Part shown: in pieces, positions 59,473 through 64,000 of the stretch | Layout: each line of letters opens with the position of its first letter | Numbering within the stretch: the stretch's first letter is position 1 | IMG/VR virus record: IMGVR_UViG_3300042363_000251 | From: an uncultured virus (IMG/VR IMGVR_UViG_3300042363_000251) | Taxonomy: Duplodnaviria; Heunggongvirae; Uroviricota; Caudoviricetes | DNA length: 64,000 nt | Strand: one strand, 5' to 3' | The notes under the pieces: generated by a model | Database searches by the model: none | Told to the model about the DNA's origin: nothing | The model's input: only the letters and a program-made list of their open reading frames with translations | Program-made: the position numbers and the translations under genes

Positions 59473-62000
59473 TTGCTTTTATTACCCCAATTACTAGCGC
59501 CAACTTTGCGGCACTTTACTAACGCACCTGAAGCATACGCACTTGGCCAAACTTTGTAGCGCGATTTTACTTTATGATAGCAAGCATCTTTATTGCCTTC
59601 TTCGTTTAGTTCGCTTTCTGCTACTAGCTTACCGCCGCATTCGGGGCACTTATCAGTATTTTCTGTAACTAATGTTGCTTTGTAGTTTTTATTAGGTAAA
59701 CGAATAAGTTGATATGAATTTCCTTTTAAATCTTTTCGTTGCATCATTTTTGGGCCGTGACTTGCCGCATCATACGCAACTTCTGCACCAAAATGTTTTT
59801 GTAGTGATGCTGAATCGTGTTCTTGATCAGTATTTTCTGTTACACTTTCGTTTTTAGGTTCCCAGTATCTTCCTTTACCCAACATATTATCTTGATAACC
59901 ATACCACTTACCTGATTTACTTTGTTTTAATCCTGCACGACTAGCATCAGTTTCTTTTCCTGCTGGTACATTGTAAAAAAACATACCTTTAGGTTTGTTA
60001 TAAGTTTTGCGTGTTTCGTGACCTAACTCATGTTCCATTTCTCTACGCTTGAAGTCGCGTTTGCTCATTGAACCCCAATCATCATTCTGTTCGTTCTGAA
60101 TACCTCGCATGATAGAACTTTCAAAACTAGGAACGATTGGTTTGTCGTCTGCGCCCATTACTTCGCCTTTACCTAATGACAAACGAGTTTTATGATTTTC
60201 TATTCTTCTTTCTAGTTCTTTAATTTTAGCTTGATCATTTTGCTGTGCAGCCATTTGATGATACTTGATAAGTGTTTGTAGTTGAGGACTATTGCTATAC
60301 ACTTGTTGTGCTTGCTGCTGTCCTATTCCCCAAAGAGAAGCTAACAGTGCTGTACCTGCTAATACTTTTCCTATTACTCCTTCGGACATTTCTCTGTCCA
60401 TCATGGTTAATGTATCATAGTCAATATAAAAGTCTGTGTCTGGGTCATATGCCAAACCAGCTTTTGGATCGTAGTAATATACTTTACCGTTTCTTGCTCT
60501 GAATGGCCCTTCTAAGCCTTGTCTTTCTTGATATTTTTCACGATCAATGTTTGGTAGTATACGGTAGCCTTCCGCCATATCTTGATCAACAGATTCTATT
60601 TTTAATCTCTTACTGATATAATCATGTTGTGCTAATAGTCCACTCCATCTTTCTCTAGAGCTAAAACTTTCATCTTTATCTTGGCGCAACTTATTTATTT
60701 CTCTTTTAGTCTGTTCAAGTTGTTGTTGAAGTTTTATTCTTTCTTCTGGAGATGGTGGTGTTGCTTTAAATGCAGGTTTTACAGGTTGTTTTTCCCCTGG
60801 CTGTCTAATTTTTGCGTTCATGCCCATTGATTTTGCCATACTAGCAAAATCATCTGCTAATCCTTCCCCTACGCCGCCGCCAGCAATAACTCCGCCGGTC
60901 ATTTCATCAAAACGGCGCTGATATGAATTAGCACTTGTAGAATATCTAGAACCTATTGTTTTCATACCTTCGCCGGCTAACAATAAATCATACATTAGTT
61001 TTATAACTTGCATGGGCGAAAACAAACTATCAATTCTATTATAAAAGTAATCTATTTTTTCAGGTTTCATTCTACGATCAGGGAAACCTTTTATTAATTC
61101 TCTTGCTCTAGCTTTAATAGTTTCTAAATCTTTTATTTTTTCTAATTGTTTAATATCGTCTATACTAAAGTTATCTCTTTTGCCTTCAATGGTGTCTTCA
61201 CTTAGTTGTTTATGTTCTAAATACTCACGAACAGTGTTTAAGTAATCATTTGCTTTGATAATCTTTTCTTGAACCCAACCTTCAATACCCACTTCTTCGG
61301 GAATGTCTTTGATCAGTTCATATATCTTTTTAGCATTCTTATTAGATTGAAACAAGTCACTCTTTGCCATTTCAACTTCGTGATCAGTACGGTCTTTTGC
61401 TTTTGGAATAAATCCAGGCTTGATACGATTTCCTTGACCAGGAACAATGATAATGTCTTCTTCATCAAGTTTGGCTTCTGATAAGTCTTGGTTCCAGTCT
61501 TTTGTCCATTTTGCGACTTTATTAGCATCACCCATATGATATCCATATTCTATACCAAACACATAATTTCCTGCATATACGACCCATCCATCGTACTCAG
61601 GGTCTTTACCTTGAACCATAGCGTAATCATCTGTATCAATGCCTTGTAAACCAACTAAGGATTTAATCCATTTTTTACCTAGTTGTTGTATTTGGAAAGG
61701 TCCTTGCCATCCTCGACTTTTTAAGATTTCAACTAGCTTTTCACTACCAAAGTTTTTACGTGTATATGGTGAGTCAGGTATTGTTAACCTGTTACTAGCT
61801 TCTGAAACATCTTGCTCTTGAGATTCTTTAACTGATTTACTGTTAGCAAACTTTTCATTAGTCTTTTTGCCAGTTAATAAGTTGCCGCCTTTTTCGTTAG
61901 GATAAATTCCTTTACCGCGTGTTTGTGTTTTGCCTACAGGTGTAGCAACAGTAGCTATAGCCCCTGAAGTAGTTGATTCTGTGAATTGTTTGCTGTTCAT
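59469..62000 (-). CDS. Large modular putative polyprotein of head-internal peptides
   Basis: 843 aa from MNSKQFTE; many hydrophobic-x-E linkers; TAAATA 62025-62030. Confidence 0.65.
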   Translation of the reverse strand: MNSKQFTESTTSGAIATVATPVGKTQTRGKGIYPNEKGGNLLTGKKTNEKFANSKSVKESQEQDVSEASNRLTIPDSPYTRKNFGSEKLVEILKSRGWQGPFQIQQLGKKWIKSLVGLQGIDTDDYAMVQGKDPEYDGWVVYAGNYVFGIEYGYHMGDANKVAKWTKDWNQDLSEAKLDEEDIIIVPGQGNRIKPGFIPKAKDRTDHEVEMAKSDLFQSNKNAKKIYELIKDIPEEVGIEGWVQEKIIKANDYLNTVREYLEHKQLSEDTIEGKRDNFSIDDIKQLEKIKDLETIKARARELIKGFPDRRMKPEKIDYFYNRIDSLFSPMQVIKLMYDLLLAGEGMKTIGSRYSTSANSYQRRFDEMTGGVIAGGGVGEGLADDFASMAKSMGMNAKIRQPGEKQPVKPAFKATPPSPEERIKLQQQLEQTKREINKLRQDKDESFSSRERWSGLLAQHDYISKRLKIESVDQDMAEGYRILPNIDREKYQERQGLEGPFRARNGKVYYYDPKAGLAYDPDTDFYIDYDTLTMMDREMSEGVIGKVLAGTALLASLWGIGQQQAQQVYSNSPQLQTLIKYHQMAAQQNDQAKIKELERRIENHKTRLSLGKGEVMGADDKPIVPSFESSIMRGIQNEQNDDWGSMSKRDFKRREMEHELGHETRKTYNKPKGMFFYNVPAGKETDASRAGLKQSKSGKWYGYQDNMLGKGRYWEPKNESVTENTDQEHDSASLQKHFGAEVAYDAASHGPKMMQRKDLKGNSYQLIRLPNKNYKATLVTENTDKCPECGGKLVAESELNEEGNKDACYHKVKSRYKVWPSAYASGALVKCRKVGASNWGNKSK

Positions 62001-62054
62001 AATGAAATCCATAAGTGATATGTATATTTATCAAATCTGTAAATTTATAGAACA

Positions 62055-62083
62055 ATAAAAAAGGGGCCTAAGCCCCTTTTTAT
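62055..62083. terminator. Bidirectional Rho-independent terminator
   Basis: AAAAAAGGGGC-CTAA-GCCCCTTTTT. Confidence 0.85.
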
Positions 62084-62095
62084 GTCAAAATATTA

Positions 62096-62989
62096 TTATT
62101 TTACTTCATTTCCTGCTTGATCTACCAGTTTCATTCCTTTAGCTTTTTGTGCTTCTAGATACATAGGTCCAATAGTATTCAACAAATGGTCTTGATTTTC
62201 CTGGCAGAAGGTATAAGTACCTGTGTGTCTTAACAAAACTCGTTTGTCAACCCAAATTCTACCACCTAGATCACGCCAATTTTCACACATAGTCCAGTCT
62301 TCTGAATAATATCTGTTTTGCCTTACTGCTGTGTCAAAGTAAGTTTTCAAGTACTTGTCATATTTAGGGTCAAGACCAATATCATTCTTATACTGCTTCA
62401 CAGCAGGATGTCCGTTCATTTTTTCAAATACATGCTTCTTGGTTAATAAAAATCCAGTACCTGCTTTACTTACTTCTTGTAAACCATCGGCGCCTTCTTC
62501 TGCTCCATCAAACCCGTTTACTACCCATTTAATTGGCATAGTTTTCATCGGGTAAAGTCCACCGATTACATCTACATCTCTGTTTAATAGAACCAGTAGA
62601 TGCCATGGCTCCCAACCAATATCAGCGTCAATAAACATCAAGTGAGATGATTCAGGCATTTCTAAGAACTTGGCAGTCAGTGTATTTCTAGCTCTGCTAA
62701 TTAGCGACTCGTTTACCATTGTCTCAAGAGTCCAGTCAATGCCTAACTGTCTAGCAGTGTTAGCCCACTTGATATAACTCATGAATGTAGATTCTGTTAA
62801 CATGCCACCGTAGCAGGGCATTGCCAAATGTGCTCTTGTAGTTCTTAAAAAATCTACATTGACTTGAACTTGATTTTGTGCGGGAGCTTCAGTGCCGCCG
62901 ATGCTTGCTGCTTGTGGTGCTTTATCAGCTAGTTCCTGAACTGCTTCTACTGGAATAGCTTTGTCTTGATTTGTTTTACGTTTTGCCAT
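62096..62989 (-). CDS. GT-A glycosyltransferase-like protein
   Basis: PCYGG, ESLISRARN, FIDADI (DxD), GTGFLL, YSEDW. Confidence 0.7.
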   Translation of the reverse strand: MAKRKTNQDKAIPVEAVQELADKAPQAASIGGTEAPAQNQVQVNVDFLRTTRAHLAMPCYGGMLTESTFMSYIKWANTARQLGIDWTLETMVNESLISRARNTLTAKFLEMPESSHLMFIDADIGWEPWHLLVLLNRDVDVIGGLYPMKTMPIKWVVNGFDGAEEGADGLQEVSKAGTGFLLTKKHVFEKMNGHPAVKQYKNDIGLDPKYDKYLKTYFDTAVRQNRYYSEDWTMCENWRDLGGRIWVDKRVLLRHTGTYTFCQENQDHLLNTIGPMYLEAQKAKGMKLVDQAGNEVK

Positions 62990-63041
62990 GTTATCCTCTT
63001 CAAATAAGTAATATTATTTACTATCTGAAGAGGACATCAAA

Positions 63042-64000
63042 TTATTTTTCTGAGATATAATCTGTAGATTCGTTAACTTGACTTATATCAATAGAACGAT
63101 TTTTAGCTATAGGTCTGTTACCTTGCTTGGTTTTAAAGTTTTCATATTCAACTAATGCTTTTAACATGTTTTCTACTACACCAGCTTCGTACAGTGAATG
63201 ATACAAATTGCTGTATCTTTTTTCTTTGATCATTTCTACCATACTAGAAAACTTTCTTGTTAAGTTAGATAAAAGTGATTGTTCATCCCAAGTACCCATA
63301 CCGCCGTCTGGTACAATCAAATGACCTTGTTCTGGATCGTTAATAAGAGTTGCTTCTTCAACATCCATTGACTCAAACTGATCTCTATCACTAGCCACTC
63401 TTCTTTCGCTTCCCTGACTTGGAAAACTATTACTTGATGAATTATTATTCTGTGTATTACTCTGTTTCTGTTTGGCTACTTTTGCAGCGGCCATATCTTG
63501 TGCTTTTGCTTTAATACGATTTAAGTCTCTTCTATCTAAAACAAAACCGTCTTCATTCTCTGCGCGATCAACCAATGCTTCATAATACTGTTTAGTTAGT
63601 TGCGTATACTGTTGTATGTTATCCATATCAGAAGTTTGAGCATTAGCTCCCAATGATGCTAATGCTAAAGCACCCCCTGCTACAACGTCTTTCCAGCCCT
63701 CCGCTACACCTTCTTCATTTACTTGATCACCAATAATACCGGCATCTAACATTTTTACTGCTACATCAGCCAGCTTTTTGTTTTGTTGTGTTCTAGGGTA
63801 TAAACTCATTACCATTGCTAATTTTTGTCTTTCGTTTAAGTTAGGCCAAGCGTTTCTTATTTCTGTCGCGCTTTTAATACCGGGTCCAAACTCAATAGTC
63901 GGTAAGTATTCCATGTAAGCATGTTTATTAAAAGATTCTAAATTATCGGGATCATATGGTTGAAAGTATGAAGGTGATCCATCTTTTTTAGTACCACCGG
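63042..64000 (-). CDS. C-terminal part of a large modular protein (start beyond window)
   Basis: Frame open to the window edge (GGTKKDGSPSYFQPY...SATEIR); linkers VNE|E, VAE|G, VEE|A. Confidence 0.65.
   Translation of the reverse strand, partial: GGTKKDGSPSYFQPYDPDNLESFNKHAYMEYLPTIEFGPGIKSATEIRNAWPNLNERQKLAMVMSLYPRTQQNKKLADVAVKMLDAGIIGDQVNEEGVAEGWKDVVAGGALALASLGANAQTSDMDNIQQYTQLTKQYYEALVDRAENEDGFVLDRRDLNRIKAKAQDMAAAKVAKQKQSNTQNNNSSSNSFPSQGSERRVASDRDQFESMDVEEATLINDPEQGHLIVPDGGMGTWDEQSLLSNLTRKFSSMVEMIKEKRYSNLYHSLYEAGVVENMLKALVEYENFKTKQGNRPIAKNRSIDISQVNESTDYISEK

Noticed and set aside
1..64000. Stop-codon reassignment, tRNA genes, integrase
   Set aside because: Conserved genes are full length in code 11 and end in TAA, TAG or TGA; no cloverleaf or recombinase motifs noticed by eye, so a tRNAscan run is still advisable

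Overview
A 64-kb AT-rich, gene-dense fragment of a large lytic dsDNA tailed phage with T4-like logic, read in the standard genetic code and almost entirely on the minus strand. The host is probably a proteobacterium (inference). From left to right it holds: tail-fibre-like genes; late genes including SOD, IF-1, a HAD nucleotidase and dCMP deaminase; an early region (about 9.5-17.3 kb) of small ORFs, each behind a copy of a conserved sigma70 promoter cassette with IHF-consensus sites; a proteostasis block (clpP, clpS, hsp20 with a ROSE-like thermometer, clpX); DNA ligase, RNase H, a methyltransferase/nuclease cassette and UvsE; a roughly 10-kb deazapurine DNA-modification locus (folE, queD, queE, a second T-fold protein and dpdA, interleaved with a phosphoribosyltransferase, GMP reductase, two glycosyltransferases, an epimerase and a cytidylyltransferase, with no queC seen) beside the sliding clamp and family-B polymerase; and a block of probable head-internal proteins. 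The two best candidates for new biology are (1) the deazapurine locus, whose PRTase plus GMP reductase content mirrors toyocamycin/tubercidin pathways and which also carries sugar enzymes, and (2) a family of about 12 late proteins with a T4 capsid-targeting-like N-terminus (M-R/K-x-x-E-F-I-x-E), including enzymes and an 843-aa modular polyprotein punctuated by putative prohead-protease sites. No tRNA, rRNA, CRISPR array or integrase was seen. All product calls are by motif recognition, not database search.
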